This document shows positions 17,482 through 27,240 of a stretch of 63,991 nucleotides of DNA, in pieces; within the stretch, counting starts at the first letter, position 1, and each line of letters begins with the position of its first letter. Location of the stretch: the IMG/VR virus record IMGVR_UViG_3300036780_000089, positions 1-63,991 of that record. The stretch is one strand, 5' to 3'. The position numbers and the translations under genes are program-made. The stretch is from a virus (lineage: Duplodnaviria > Caudoviricetes). The notes beneath the pieces are model-generated. The model was not told the origin of the DNA and ran no database searches. It saw nothing but the letters and a program-made list of their open reading frames with translations.

Positions 17482-18164
17482 ATCTGGACACATTCACCCC
17501 GCCTATCCGTGAGGAAGGCGACCGGGTGCCCGCCAAGGAAATGGTGGGACGTCCGCTCGTCGTCCAAGTGCGCGAACACCGGACCGGCGTCAAAACCACA
17601 TTCAACTCAGACCCGGCCGACACCAAGCGGTTTAAGCCCGAGGGCGGCGAGGCCGTACACCTCGATATGGTCGACCTCACCACGGGCGCCGTCTACATCG
17701 GCGTGTTGTGGTTCAACGGCGCCATTGTAGACAGTCTCAAGCCCTACGTGGCGCAGACGTTGCCGGTGAAACTGTTCTATGACACCCCCAAGGGCGGCGG
17801 AACCAATCCCTACCTGAACGTGGAACCGCTCACCGCCAATGAGCTTGCCGCCGCGCAACAGTGGGCCAACGCCAACCCGGACCGGTTCGAGCGGGAACGT
17901 GCCGCGCGGGCCGCACAGGCAGCGCAGAACGCCGCCAACGGCACCAACGGAACCGCCCCGGCCGCCGCGCCACTGGCCACCCTGCCCGCCGCCGCACCGA
18001 CCTACGCGCCACCCGCACCCGCACCCGTGCAACAGTTCGCGCCGCTCGGCAACGCGCCCGCCGCAGCGCCGCCGAGCGTCCCGGCCGCCGCGCCCACCGT
18101 GGACGTCAACGACCCGGCGATTCAAGCGCTGTTGGCCCAAATCGCCGGGCAACAGCAACGATAG
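17478..18164 (+). CDS. Putative ssDNA-binding/recombination protein
   Basis: OB-like beta-rich N-terminal domain plus Pro/Ala-rich tail; located between exonuclease and primase. Confidence 0.55.
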   Translation: MNLDTFTPPIREEGDRVPAKEMVGRPLVVQVREHRTGVKTTFNSDPADTKRFKPEGGEAVHLDMVDLTTGAVYIGVLWFNGAIVDSLKPYVAQTLPVKLFYDTPKGGGTNPYLNVEPLTANELAAAQQWANANPDRFERERAARAAQAAQNAANGTNGTAPAAAPLATLPAAAPTYAPPAPAPVQQFAPLGNAPAAAPPSVPAAAPTVDVNDPAIQALLAQIAGQQQR

Positions 18165-18174
18165 CGCGGTCACC

Positions 18175-18405
18175 ATGACATTCGCGGCATCCACGACCAC
18201 GCTGTACGCGCTGCGACACACCGTCTGTGGACACGTGGTCGGCGTCGGCAACAGCCCGGCCATTCTCGAACGCGTCCAAGCGAGGTCGGCGCCCGGTTGG
18301 GCGTGCGACTGGCGGATCACGCCGAACCCGACCGACGCCGACCTAGCTCAACTTATCCGTGGCGAACGGTGCTCCTACTGCGCATCCGTTGCCGACAACC
18401 GATAG
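18175..18405 (+). CDS. Small Cys-containing hypothetical protein
   Basis: HTVCGH...CSYC. Confidence 0.5.
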   Translation: MTFAASTTTLYALRHTVCGHVVGVGNSPAILERVQARSAPGWACDWRITPNPTDADLAQLIRGERCSYCASVADNR

Positions 18406-18430
18406 GTACGAAAGGAAACCGTATTACCGA

Positions 18431-18841
18431 ATGACTGACACCACTCCCGTAGAAGTGATCGAACCGACCGAGACCGATCCGACCGAGGCACCGACCGAGG
18501 CCGAGCCGACCGAGGCACCGACCGAGGCGCCAAGCGAGACCGAATCGCCCGACGCGCCGAGTGAGCCGACCACTGGACAGACCAATCCGACCGTTCAGCT
18601 CGGTGACGGCGTGGCGTACATGCTCAGCGAGTACGACGTGCAGTTGATCAACTCGGCGGACCCGGCAGGAAACCACCGCAACACCGTCTATGCCGGACAG
18701 CGTTATCCGGCCCTGGTGACCGCCGTGTTTTCCCCGTCGTGCGTCAACCTGCGCGTGTTCCTCGACGGTGCCGGGCCAGGCTCCGACTACTGGGCTACGT
18801 CCCGGCAGTCCGGTGACCAGCCGTCACAGTGGCGCGTCTGA
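18431..18841 (+). CDS. Hypothetical protein with acidic PTE repeats and an SH3-like C-terminal domain
   Basis: CCGACCGAG units at about 18464-18527 encode EPTETDPTEAPTEAEPTEAPTEA; YPALVTAV...VNLRVFLDG. Confidence 0.7.
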   Translation: MTDTTPVEVIEPTETDPTEAPTEAEPTEAPTEAPSETESPDAPSEPTTGQTNPTVQLGDGVAYMLSEYDVQLINSADPAGNHRNTVYAGQRYPALVTAVFSPSCVNLRVFLDGAGPGSDYWATSRQSGDQPSQWRV

Positions 18842-19015
18842 GCATTGCCCCTGGTGGCCGACCCGTAGGTAAGAGCGGGCAACACGTCACGCAACCCCCA
18901 GAGTCCGTGACACGGGTTTCACAGCAGAGAACGGGTGGACCCACCCGCCGCCACCACCAGCCGCGCACCGCGCGACACACCCCGAGGCACCAGCCACCCC
19001 GAGCGGAGGTCTGTC

Positions 19016-21508
19016 GTGGACGACCCCGAACGTCCAACTACCACCGACACGGCCACCGTCCGCGCTGCTGCTCTCGCGTGGTGCGCGGCCGGATGCTCCG
19101 TTGTCCGCGTCGCCGTGGACGGCAGTAAAGCGCCCCTCGGCGCCTGGAAAGCCGCCCAATCGCAGCGCGCCGACACCACCACCGTCACCCGCTGGTTTGC
19201 CAGCGGACACCCCGGCGTCGGCGTCGTGTGCGGCGCCATATCCGGCAACCTCGAAATGCTCGAAATCGAGGGGCGCGGCGTCATCGACCACACCGCCGAG
19301 CATTTCCTCCGCGCATTCGCCGAGCACGACGTGACCGAGCTGCGCGACCGGATTGTGTCCGGCTACACGGAAGCATCCCCGGCCGGTGGTCTACACCTGT
19401 ACTACCGGGTAGCCGACGCGCCCGCGTTGGGCAACGTGAAACTTGCTCAGCGGCCCACCCCGGACGGCGGCGTGACACCGTTGATCGAAACACGCGGTGA
19501 GGGCGGTTTCGTGATCGTCGCGCCCTCACACGGACCCGTGCACCCCACCGGCCGACCCTGGCGGCGCGTCACCGGCAGTCCCGTCACCATCGCCACCGTC
19601 ACCGCCGAGGAACGCGACGCGGTACACGAGATAGCGCGCACGTTCGACGAAACGCCGCCACCCGACCCGCTACCCGACCCGGTGACACTGGACAAACGCG
19701 ACGGTCGCACGCCACCCGGCGCCGACTACAACCAACGCGCCACGTGGGATGACGTACTCACCCCGGCAGGCTGGACGACGGTAGCGCGACACGGCGGACG
19801 GACACTGTGGCGGCGCCCCGGCAAACGCCTCGGTGTCAGCGCCGCGACCGGTGGCCCCGGCGGCGACTACCTCTATGTGTGGTCGACGTCAACCGAGCTG
19901 CCCGCCGAAACCGGGCTGTCCAAGTGGCGCGCGTACACCATGCTGCGCCACGGCGGGGACTTCCACGCGGCAGCGAAAGCGCTCAACGCGGCCGGGTACG
20001 GCGAGAAGACGTCGCCGCCACAACCGCACCGGCCCGTGCGGCTCACTGTCCTACCGGGCTACGGCGGCGGCAGCGTGAACGGCAGCACGCCGAACGGTGC
20101 CCTAGCGGCCACGCTGCCCGCCGAGGCCGCGCCCGTCGGGGCGACCACCCACGCGCGCACCGATGACGCCGTGGCGCTCGCCCTGGTCGACACGTACGGG
20201 TCGACGCTGCGCTACTGCCCGGAACGCGGTCGATGGTTGCATTGGGACGGCCACCTGTGGCGCTGGTGTGAGCGTGAGGGCGGCGTGGTACGTGAGCACG
20301 TCAAGGCCGTGGCGCGTGGGCTGGCCGAGGATGACGCCGCCGACGTTCGGCACAAGGTGCGCGCCCTGTCCGGGCAAGGCACCTCGGCCATCGTCCAGCA
20401 AGCCAGCAGTGACCCGCGCGTGGTCGTCCGCCTGGCCGAGCTGGACGCCCGACCGTTCGAGCTGAACACGCCGAGCGGCATCGTGGACCTACGGACCGGG
20501 GCGCTCATGCCGCCCGACCCGTCACACCTGCACACCCGGTCCACCACGACCGCCCCCGGCCCGGCCGCCCGGACCGATGCGTGGCACGCGTTCCTCGGCG
20601 CCACGTTCGCGGGGCACGCCGACGACCTCACCGGCTACGTGCAACGCCTGGTGGGCTACTCGGCGACCGGCGCCGTCCGAGATCACATACTGCCGTTCGC
20701 CTACGGTTCCGGCGCCAACGGCAAAAGCGTGTTGCTCGGCGCCGTGGCCAGCGTGCTCGGCGACTACGCCACGGTGGCGCCGAGCGGCTTTCTCATGGCC
20801 CAACAGAATGCGAAACATGAGACCGAAATAGCCGACCTCGCCGGGGCCCGATTCGTCGTCTGCTCCGAGCTGAACGAGGGCGACCAGTTCGACGAAGCAC
20901 GCGTCAAACTATTGACCGGCAAAGACACCATCAAAGCACGCTACATGCGACAGGACTATTTCTCGTTTGCGCCCACACATCACCTATGGCTCATGGGCAA
21001 CCATCAACCCACCATCGCATCCGGTGGCCCCGCATTCTGGCGGCGGTTGAGAATCATTCCATTCACTAACATTGTCCCACTCGGCGAACAAGACCCCGAC
21101 CTAGCCGACACATTGGCGAGCGAACACGGTTCGGCGGTGTTGGCGTGGATTGTGGCGGGTGCCGTGGATTACCTCGGCGGCGGCTTGCGGGAACCGGCCA
21201 GCGTGCACGCTGCGACCGAGGGATACGAACGTGATCAGGACACGGTGAGCCAATTCGTTTCGGAATGCTGTCGTGTGGGCGGCGGTGACAGTGTGCGAAT
21301 CCAGGTCGGAACGTTGCGGGGAATGTACGAGAAGTGGTGCCGTACCGAGGGATACGCGCCCGTGTCCGCCAAGGCGCTCGGCATGGCGTTGTGCCGAATC
21401 GAGGGCGTCGGCCCGGCCCGCTCGAACGGTGTGCGGCTCTACACCGGACTGTCACTGAGCGGACCGGCGGCCGATGACGCGTACGGCACTGGTTGGGGCG
21501 ACCGATGA
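19016..21508 (+). CDS. Bifunctional primase/polymerase fused to a D5/P4-type SF3 helicase
   Basis: GVGVVCGAISGNLEMLEIE, SPAGGLHLYYR, IETRGEGGFV; Walker A GSGANGKS; RYMRQDYF; RRLRIIPF. RBS GGAGG before GTG 19016. Confidence 0.92.
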   Translation: MDDPERPTTTDTATVRAAALAWCAAGCSVVRVAVDGSKAPLGAWKAAQSQRADTTTVTRWFASGHPGVGVVCGAISGNLEMLEIEGRGVIDHTAEHFLRAFAEHDVTELRDRIVSGYTEASPAGGLHLYYRVADAPALGNVKLAQRPTPDGGVTPLIETRGEGGFVIVAPSHGPVHPTGRPWRRVTGSPVTIATVTAEERDAVHEIARTFDETPPPDPLPDPVTLDKRDGRTPPGADYNQRATWDDVLTPAGWTTVARHGGRTLWRRPGKRLGVSAATGGPGGDYLYVWSTSTELPAETGLSKWRAYTMLRHGGDFHAAAKALNAAGYGEKTSPPQPHRPVRLTVLPGYGGGSVNGSTPNGALAATLPAEAAPVGATTHARTDDAVALALVDTYGSTLRYCPERGRWLHWDGHLWRWCEREGGVVREHVKAVARGLAEDDAADVRHKVRALSGQGTSAIVQQASSDPRVVVRLAELDARPFELNTPSGIVDLRTGALMPPDPSHLHTRSTTTAPGPAARTDAWHAFLGATFAGHADDLTGYVQRLVGYSATGAVRDHILPFAYGSGANGKSVLLGAVASVLGDYATVAPSGFLMAQQNAKHETEIADLAGARFVVCSELNEGDQFDEARVKLLTGKDTIKARYMRQDYFSFAPTHHLWLMGNHQPTIASGGPAFWRRLRIIPFTNIVPLGEQDPDLADTLASEHGSAVLAWIVAGAVDYLGGGLREPASVHAATEGYERDQDTVSQFVSECCRVGGGDSVRIQVGTLRGMYEKWCRTEGYAPVSAKALGMALCRIEGVGPARSNGVRLYTGLSLSGPAADDAYGTGWGDR

Positions 21509-21566
21509 CCGATGCGACCCGACCCGCAGTGCCTCATCTGGCCGGTAGGGACGTGTATCCGAGGCG

Positions 21567-21730
21567 CTGTGACGCGTTTTCGACCGGATGCGTCCGACAC
21601 GTAGTGCCGCGTTTTCGCGTTCCCCCCTTCGCGTGCGCGCGCGAAGCCACGAAGCAGGAAAAGCGGCACTACGCGTCACTAGGAACACATAGTGTCGTGT
21701 TTTCCCACCATATAAAGCTATACGTACGCA
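21567..21730. promoter_or_regulatory. Probable replication origin (iterons + AT-rich patch)
   Basis: GTGNCGYGTTTTC at 21569, 21604 and 21692; inverted copies at 21658-21681; then CATATAAAGCTATA. Confidence 0.6.
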
Positions 21731-21787
21731 CACAGATAGGCCGTTATATGTCGACGCGGGCACTATCCGACCCTGCCGAGGCGGTTC

Positions 21788-22216
21788 ATGATCCACTTTG
21801 AGACGACCCGGCCACGCGGCGACCGGTGCCCCCGATGCGGCCGACTCAGGCTCACCGGACTCGCCGAGGGCATCCCGTACCGCGCCGAACCGGCGCCGCT
21901 CAACGCACGCGCCGAATTGCTCGCTCGTGTCGGCGGCCGAGCGTCCTACGCGATATGCGGCGGCATGCTGGTGTGGCGCACCCCGGAACGCATACGCGGC
22001 GACTTCCGGGGACGACCGATTGTGTTCGCGGATCACCGTTGCGCCACGCCCGCCGAGGCCACCGACATTGACCCGCGATTCCTGCCCGCCGTGGCCGAAT
22101 TCCTCGCCAAGCTCGCCGACGCCGGTCGGTGGTCCGATGTGGAAATCGACGCATTCACGGTGTTGGCGTGTCAGCTCGGCGCCCGCGTCGTCGCCACCGA
22201 TGAACCACCGTTCTAA
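21788..22216 (+). CDS. Hypothetical protein
   Basis: CPRCG...HRC; ends DEPPF. Confidence 0.65.
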   Translation: MIHFETTRPRGDRCPRCGRLRLTGLAEGIPYRAEPAPLNARAELLARVGGRASYAICGGMLVWRTPERIRGDFRGRPIVFADHRCATPAEATDIDPRFLPAVAEFLAKLADAGRWSDVEIDAFTVLACQLGARVVATDEPPF

Positions 22217-22230
22217 GGGAACGAATACAC

Positions 22231-22503
22231 ATGGACCATTCCGCATCGCAGTACCGGGCGCGCCACACGCCGTGCCGGTGCGACACGTGCAAGGCCGACC
22301 ACCGACGACGCCACGCCGCCGAGCGTGCCGCACGCTACGCCGAACGCATTGTCAGGAATGGCCGTCCATTCGCCACGAATCCCGTCGTGCGGCACGGCAC
22401 GCACACCGCGTACGGCTACTACGGGTGTCGCTGCGATGAATGCATAGCGTTCAACACCGATGCCAGTCGCCGCTATCGACTACACCGTCAACGCAAAGGC
22501 TGA
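22231..22503 (+). CDS. Zn-finger protein with two H...Y...CRCxxC units
   Basis: HGTHTAYGYYGCRCDEC. Confidence 0.7.
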   Translation: MDHSASQYRARHTPCRCDTCKADHRRRHAAERAARYAERIVRNGRPFATNPVVRHGTHTAYGYYGCRCDECIAFNTDASRRYRLHRQRKG

Positions 22504-22507
22504 TTTG

Positions 22508-23194
22508 ATGAGCACTTCCCGTTCGTTCGCCGACCCGTTGAATCCATCGGGGGACGGCAGCGCCTACTACGCCGACGCCGCCGAGCTGCCCGCCGAGGCG
22601 CTGAGCGCCCCTGTGAGCGCCGAGACGCCCCCGGTGGACCCAACCGACGACCCGGACGCCGCCGAGGCCGCAGAGAGCCGCACAGCGGCCCGCAACGCCA
22701 ACGCTCGCCGAGGCAAGGCGAACGGGGATCGGGGCAAGCGGGCCGAACGCGCCCTAGTCGCATGGCTGCGCGCCCACGGGTGGCCCGGCGCCGAGCGGAC
22801 CGTGCGCACCGGCCACCGGACGCGGCAGCGCGTGAGCGTCGACAAGGGCGACGTGGACGGCACCCCCGGCGTGTGCTGGCAGCTCAAAGACGTGGCGGAC
22901 GCCGCGTTGCATCGGGTGCCGGTGTGGCTCAACGAGACCGAGCGGCAACGCATGGCGGCCGGGGCCGACCTCGGCGTGTTGGTCGTCAAGCGGCGCGGGC
23001 ACTCCGACCCCGGCGACTGGTGGGCGTGGGTGCCGCTCGTCACGCTCATGCACGGCGTGATGACACCGGCCGCCGCCAGCGGGATCGGCGCCGCGCGCAT
23101 GTTCACCGTGCCCGTCCGCCTGGCCGTGGCCGACCTCGCGCCGATCCTGCGCCACCAGGGTTACGGGACACCGTTCGACGGGGACGCGGCGTGA
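22508..23194 (+). CDS. Holliday junction resolvase (PD-(D/E)XK type)
   Basis: RGKRAERALVAWLRAHGWPGAER...DKGDVDG...WQLKD...VVKRRG. Confidence 0.8.
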   Translation: MSTSRSFADPLNPSGDGSAYYADAAELPAEALSAPVSAETPPVDPTDDPDAAEAAESRTAARNANARRGKANGDRGKRAERALVAWLRAHGWPGAERTVRTGHRTRQRVSVDKGDVDGTPGVCWQLKDVADAALHRVPVWLNETERQRMAAGADLGVLVVKRRGHSDPGDWWAWVPLVTLMHGVMTPAAASGIGAARMFTVPVRLAVADLAPILRHQGYGTPFDGDAA

Positions 23195-23853
23195 TCACCG
23201 TGTGCGCGTTGGGCTGCACCACCCGCGACGGTCACCCGGTCGCCGCCCCTACCGGATACCGGCTGTGCGACCGGTGTTCGCTGCGCATGCGGGACACCTT
23301 CGCCGACATTGTCGACCGGTGGTGCCGGATCGTGCCGACAACCGCATTGTTGCTGACCTCGCCGACCACCGGCCGACGTGCGCCCGGATTCGCGTCGACA
23401 CCACCCGGAAACGTGCATCTCATGGCCATGCGTGATCCGCGTACACGTGCCGCTGAGCAGGGCGATATCCGGTCACCACTGGAAGTGACGCATTGGTGGG
23501 CGAGCTTTGTTCGGGACCAACGCGGAATACGTGCGCCGGAATTCGCCACGGTCACCACGGAGATATCCACCCTGTCCTTCCACTGGGATTGGATCACGCG
23601 CGAATTCGAGGCCGATCACCTGGTCGGCCTGGCGTACGAATTGGGCGCCGTGCGTGCACAGTTGCACGTCGTCACCGACGACCCGCCGCCGCCGACCGTG
23701 GGCTATTGCACGGCCATCGTGGACGGTCGGCGCTGCGCCGCGCCGTTGTCGCTGCCGCCGCGTGGCGGGACGATGATTCGCTGCCCGGCGTGTCCGGCGA
23801 GTTACGATGGTGTCAAGTTGATCAGGCTGTATCAGGAGGACAGCTCGGCATGA
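23191..23853 (+). CDS. Zn-binding hypothetical protein preceding the late region
   Basis: LCDRC; C-terminal C...C...CPAC; GTGA coupling. Confidence 0.7.
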   Translation: MITVCALGCTTRDGHPVAAPTGYRLCDRCSLRMRDTFADIVDRWCRIVPTTALLLTSPTTGRRAPGFASTPPGNVHLMAMRDPRTRAAEQGDIRSPLEVTHWWASFVRDQRGIRAPEFATVTTEISTLSFHWDWITREFEADHLVGLAYELGAVRAQLHVVTDDPPPPTVGYCTAIVDGRRCAAPLSLPPRGGTMIRCPACPASYDGVKLIRLYQEDSSA

Positions 23854-24026
23854 TTCCGGTGACGGCGGCGCTCGCCGTGCTCATGGTCCACCAATCGGGC
23901 GAGCCGTGTACGCCCGCGACGTTGCGGCAGTGGGTGCGGCGCGGCCACATTCGCCGCACTCCCAAGGGATATGACCTCGCGTCCATCGCGGACTACCTCG
24001 AACACCGGGCCGTAAACCGCGTTTAA
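23850..24026 (+). CDS. Small MerR-like HTH DNA-binding protein
   Basis: TPATLRQWVRRGHIRR...YDLASI. Confidence 0.7.
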   Translation: MIPVTAALAVLMVHQSGEPCTPATLRQWVRRGHIRRTPKGYDLASIADYLEHRAVNRV

Positions 24027-24029
24027 GCG

Positions 24030-24059
24030 TTGACAGCGTGGCCGGTGACGTGTCACGGT
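24030..24059 (+). promoter_or_regulatory. Candidate late promoter/operator
   Basis: TTGACA at 24030; palindrome GTGACGTGTCAC at 24045-24056. Confidence 0.45.
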
Positions 24060-24197
24060 CCGTGGCGGATCACTCTGCGCACCGGACGGTGACGGTTCCG
24101 GTTCCGTCGTGACACACAACCCGTGGGGAACGCCGCTGCTGGCCTGTGCCGACACGGTGCGGGTTGTGTGTTGCACTCTCGCGATCGGACAGACGCC

Positions 24198-24446
24198 GTG
24201 ACGTTTGCGACGGTCCAGTACGGCGCGGTCGGCGCCGTGGCCACACTCGCACTGGCGGGAATCGGCGTGCTCTTTCGACGCGGCGTCAAGATCTTGGATC
24301 GCGAACAAGCGCGCGCCGATCGGCTGGAAGCGGAGCTAAAGGCGCTCAACGAGGCTGTGCGCGGCCAGTACACACAGGTCGTCGCGGAGGCGACACGGGC
24401 GATCGGGGATGCGATTGCGTTGGTTCGCGGCACGCGCCGCCGATAA
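24198..24446 (+). CDS. Membrane protein (holin-like)
   Basis: QYGAVGAVATLALAGIGVLF TM plus coiled coil. Confidence 0.6.
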   Translation: MTFATVQYGAVGAVATLALAGIGVLFRRGVKILDREQARADRLEAELKALNEAVRGQYTQVVAEATRAIGDAIALVRGTRRR

Positions 24447-24598
24447 GCGTCCCAACCGGAGTGACGCTGTTCTCGCCGAGTCCGAAAGCGTGCGGCGGCA
24501 ACTCCTGGTGACCACTGACAAACTGGCGGCCTACACGGAATCGCTGCAAGTCGAAATCGCGCGTCTCAAAAAGCTTGCGGACCAAGTGAAGGACGACA

Positions 24599-24994
24599 AT
24601 GGACAAACCCGGTGACACGACCGAGCTGGAAGCACGCGCCGAGGCGCTTACCCGTTCGGTGGCAGATCTGACCGGCGCGGCGGACCGTCTGAGCAAACGC
24701 ACGCGTCGCTCGGAAATCGCCATCGGCTTGACCATTCTCAGCTTCCTTTTCGATATCACCTTGACCGTTCTCCTGTACGTCGGGTTGCACAATCAGCAGA
24801 GCGCGACAGAAGCGATCCAAGCCGTTCAGGCCAACGGTGCCATCGTCCGACAGCAAGTCCTGTGTCCGCTCTACCAATTGCTGATCTCGTCCGAGTCGCC
24901 GCAAGCGCGTGCCAAGTATCCGCGTGGCCCTGCCGCATATGACCAAGCGTTCGCAACGCTCCACGCCGGACAGAAAGCGCTCGACTGCAAATAG
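24599..24994 (+). CDS. Single-pass membrane protein
   Basis: IAIGLTILSFLFDITLTVLLYV; two Cys in the outer domain. Confidence 0.7.
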   Translation: MDKPGDTTELEARAEALTRSVADLTGAADRLSKRTRRSEIAIGLTILSFLFDITLTVLLYVGLHNQQSATEAIQAVQANGAIVRQQVLCPLYQLLISSESPQARAKYPRGPAAYDQAFATLHAGQKALDCK

Positions 24995-25015
24995 AGACCG
25001 GAAAGGACAGACGCC

Positions 25016-25204
25016 ATGGGTGGCAAGCCAAGCACGGGCACACCAGCCGACCAGCGACTGAGCGAAAACCAGAACAGCGGCTCATCGTCGCGCTCGTCCA
25101 GTTCGGACAGTGGAACCCGCGTCACCGCGTCCAGCAAGCCGAGCGACAACGTCGGCGGCAATGACCGTCCCTTTGACACGTTCATGCCTTGGGCTAGCCA
25201 GTAG
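25016..25204 (+). CDS. Small Ser-rich protein
   Basis: RBS AAAGGA; MGGKPSTGTPADQRLSEN. Confidence 0.55.
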   Translation: MGGKPSTGTPADQRLSENQNSGSSSRSSSSDSGTRVTASSKPSDNVGGNDRPFDTFMPWASQ

Positions 25205-25206
25205 CG

Positions 25207-25506
25207 ATGCCCGGCCGATGGGTCGGCAGCACCCGCGCACAGCGCCTACCGCCCGGCTGGTCGACGCGCATCGTGCCGCGCATCCTCGCCCGCGACCGGG
25301 GCGTGTGCTACCTGTGTGGCTACCTCGGCGCCGACACGGTCGACCACGTGAATCCCGGCGACGACCACTCAGACGCCAACCTTGCCGCCGTCCACGACGC
25401 CAATCCGCCGCACTGCCACCGACACAAGAGCGCCGCCGAGGGCAACGCCGCACGGTGGAAAGCACGCGAGAAACGCCCACCGGAGCGTCATCCCGGACTG
25501 ACCTAA
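25207..25506 (+). CDS. HNH endonuclease (packaging-associated type)
   Basis: RDRGVCYLCG...TVDHV...DANLAAVH...CHRHKSAAEG. Confidence 0.9.
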   Translation: MPGRWVGSTRAQRLPPGWSTRIVPRILARDRGVCYLCGYLGADTVDHVNPGDDHSDANLAAVHDANPPHCHRHKSAAEGNAARWKAREKRPPERHPGLT

Positions 25507-25531
25507 CCCGTTGAAAGGACACCATCTCACC

Positions 25532-25867
25532 GTGGCCACGTTGACCGACTCCGCCAATTTCGCTGACAACACCGACATTCGCTTGCCCATGATGGCCGGT
25601 ATCGTCGCCGCCGCCGTGAACATCATGGCCGAGGATGGTTCGACCGCCTACCATGATCAGCGGGTGTCGTTGGCGATTCAGGCAATCCGCAACCCTAATT
25701 CCGTTGTGGACGCGTTCTGTTGGGCCGTGTCGACCAACGCGACCGTGGTAGACGAGTGGACGTCCGACAACCGAACCGGTGCGATTTCCGATTTCGCGTT
25801 CACGATTTCGTCCGTGTGGAACGCCGTAGCCGGTGCGGCGGCGCCGAGCACCACCCCGGCCGCCTGA
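25532..25867 (+). CDS. Hypothetical helical protein
   Basis: RBS AAAGGA; ends SSVWNAVAG plus low-complexity tail. Confidence 0.65.
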   Translation: MATLTDSANFADNTDIRLPMMAGIVAAAVNIMAEDGSTAYHDQRVSLAIQAIRNPNSVVDAFCWAVSTNATVVDEWTSDNRTGAISDFAFTISSVWNAVAGAAAPSTTPAA

Positions 25868-25922
25868 TCACCCACCCACACACGCGCGACGGACACAGCT
25901 CACCACGGGGGAGGTGTCCGCG

Positions 25923-26525
25923 TTGACGTTGAGCAGCGTCATAGTCACCGGCCATTGGGTCGACGCGGACGGCGGCGCAGCACAAGGGATGGTGGCGTTC
26001 ACGCCGATTGCGTCCACCAGCAACGGCGGCTACATCGTGACCGCAGCGCCCGTGTACGCCATGCTGGACAACGGCAGTATCAGCGAATCACTCGTCAGCG
26101 ACGTTGACGTGCCCGACCTGCAATACCAAGTGGTAGAGCGGATTATCGGGCAACCACTGGACAGTTACGTGATCACGCCGACCGGCAGCACTGTTGACCT
26201 GAACAGCATCCCGCGCGGTGACCCGATTTTCGCGTTGTCCGCCAGCATCGGTCAGCCCAACGGGCTCGCCACACTGGACGCGCAAGGGCAACTGTCCATC
26301 GGTCAGCGGGTCAACGGTGGTGGTGGCGCCACCTACATCTACCAACAGTCGGACGCCGCTCCACAGTGGACGATTGAGCACAACCTAGGCTATCCGCCAC
26401 ACGGAATCACCGTCATCACCAACGAATACGGCCTCACCGAAGCCGATATTTCGTGGCCGGTACCGGAAACGACCGTCGTGATCGACTTCAACGGACACGC
26501 GCGAACCGGTGTCGCCTATCTCTAA
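25923..26525 (+). CDS. Virion fibre/adaptor-like protein
   Basis: GQPNGLATLDAQGQL; WTIEHNLG...GVAYL; RBS GGAGGT. Confidence 0.6.
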   Translation: MTLSSVIVTGHWVDADGGAAQGMVAFTPIASTSNGGYIVTAAPVYAMLDNGSISESLVSDVDVPDLQYQVVERIIGQPLDSYVITPTGSTVDLNSIPRGDPIFALSASIGQPNGLATLDAQGQLSIGQRVNGGGGATYIYQQSDAAPQWTIEHNLGYPPHGITVITNEYGLTEADISWPVPETTVVIDFNGHARTGVAYL

Positions 26526-26538
26526 AGGAGATTGACCG

Positions 26539-27228
26539 ATGACGCGTATCTTTGAAACACCGATCGATTTGCGCGGGTTCGAGCTGCGCAACGCGGCGGC
26601 GGCCAACCTGTCCGGTGCGCCGAGCGGCCCCACCGTCGGACAGATCTACTTTGACACCACACTGAACCGGCTGGCCGTGTGGGACGGTACGGCGTGGCGG
26701 GTGTGGGCTGACCGGGCAAACACGTTGTGGGATGGCAGCACCGACCACGCGGTGAGTGACCTGGTGAACCGGGCCAACGCCACCGGAACCCAGACACGGG
26801 CCACGATCAGTGATCTGTTTACCGCGACGCTGGACGAATTCACCGCGCCCGCTGGCAACGTCGGCATGAACGGGCACAAGCTCACCGGGATGGCCGCCGC
26901 CAGTGCTGCCGGTGACGCCGTGGAATACGCACAGTTCGAGGCCGCGCTAGCGACCGGCGTGGTACACAAGCTCACCGCCGTGGCGCCCTCGGCGACAACC
27001 GGGGCGTTCACCGTCACCCCCGGCACGCCGTGCACCGTGGTATGGACTCACGGCCTCGGCAACAGCGCCGCCGACCTGGTGTGCCGCTACTACACGTCGC
27101 CCGGCAGCGGCAACACCCAAGGTGCCCGCGTCGAACTGGACGACGTCGCCACCGACCCGAACAATCTCACCATCACGTTCCCGACCACCCCGGCCGCGAA
27201 TCAGTACTACCTGTCCGTGACCGGCTGA
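26539..27228 (+). CDS. Virion fibre-like protein
   Basis: GQIYFDTT, RANATGTQ, MNGHKLTGMA...DAV fibre motifs; THGLG domain. Confidence 0.65.
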   Translation: MTRIFETPIDLRGFELRNAAAANLSGAPSGPTVGQIYFDTTLNRLAVWDGTAWRVWADRANTLWDGSTDHAVSDLVNRANATGTQTRATISDLFTATLDEFTAPAGNVGMNGHKLTGMAAASAAGDAVEYAQFEAALATGVVHKLTAVAPSATTGAFTVTPGTPCTVVWTHGLGNSAADLVCRYYTSPGSGNTQGARVELDDVATDPNNLTITFPTTPAANQYYLSVTG

Positions 27229-27240
27229 TCGGGGGTTGAC

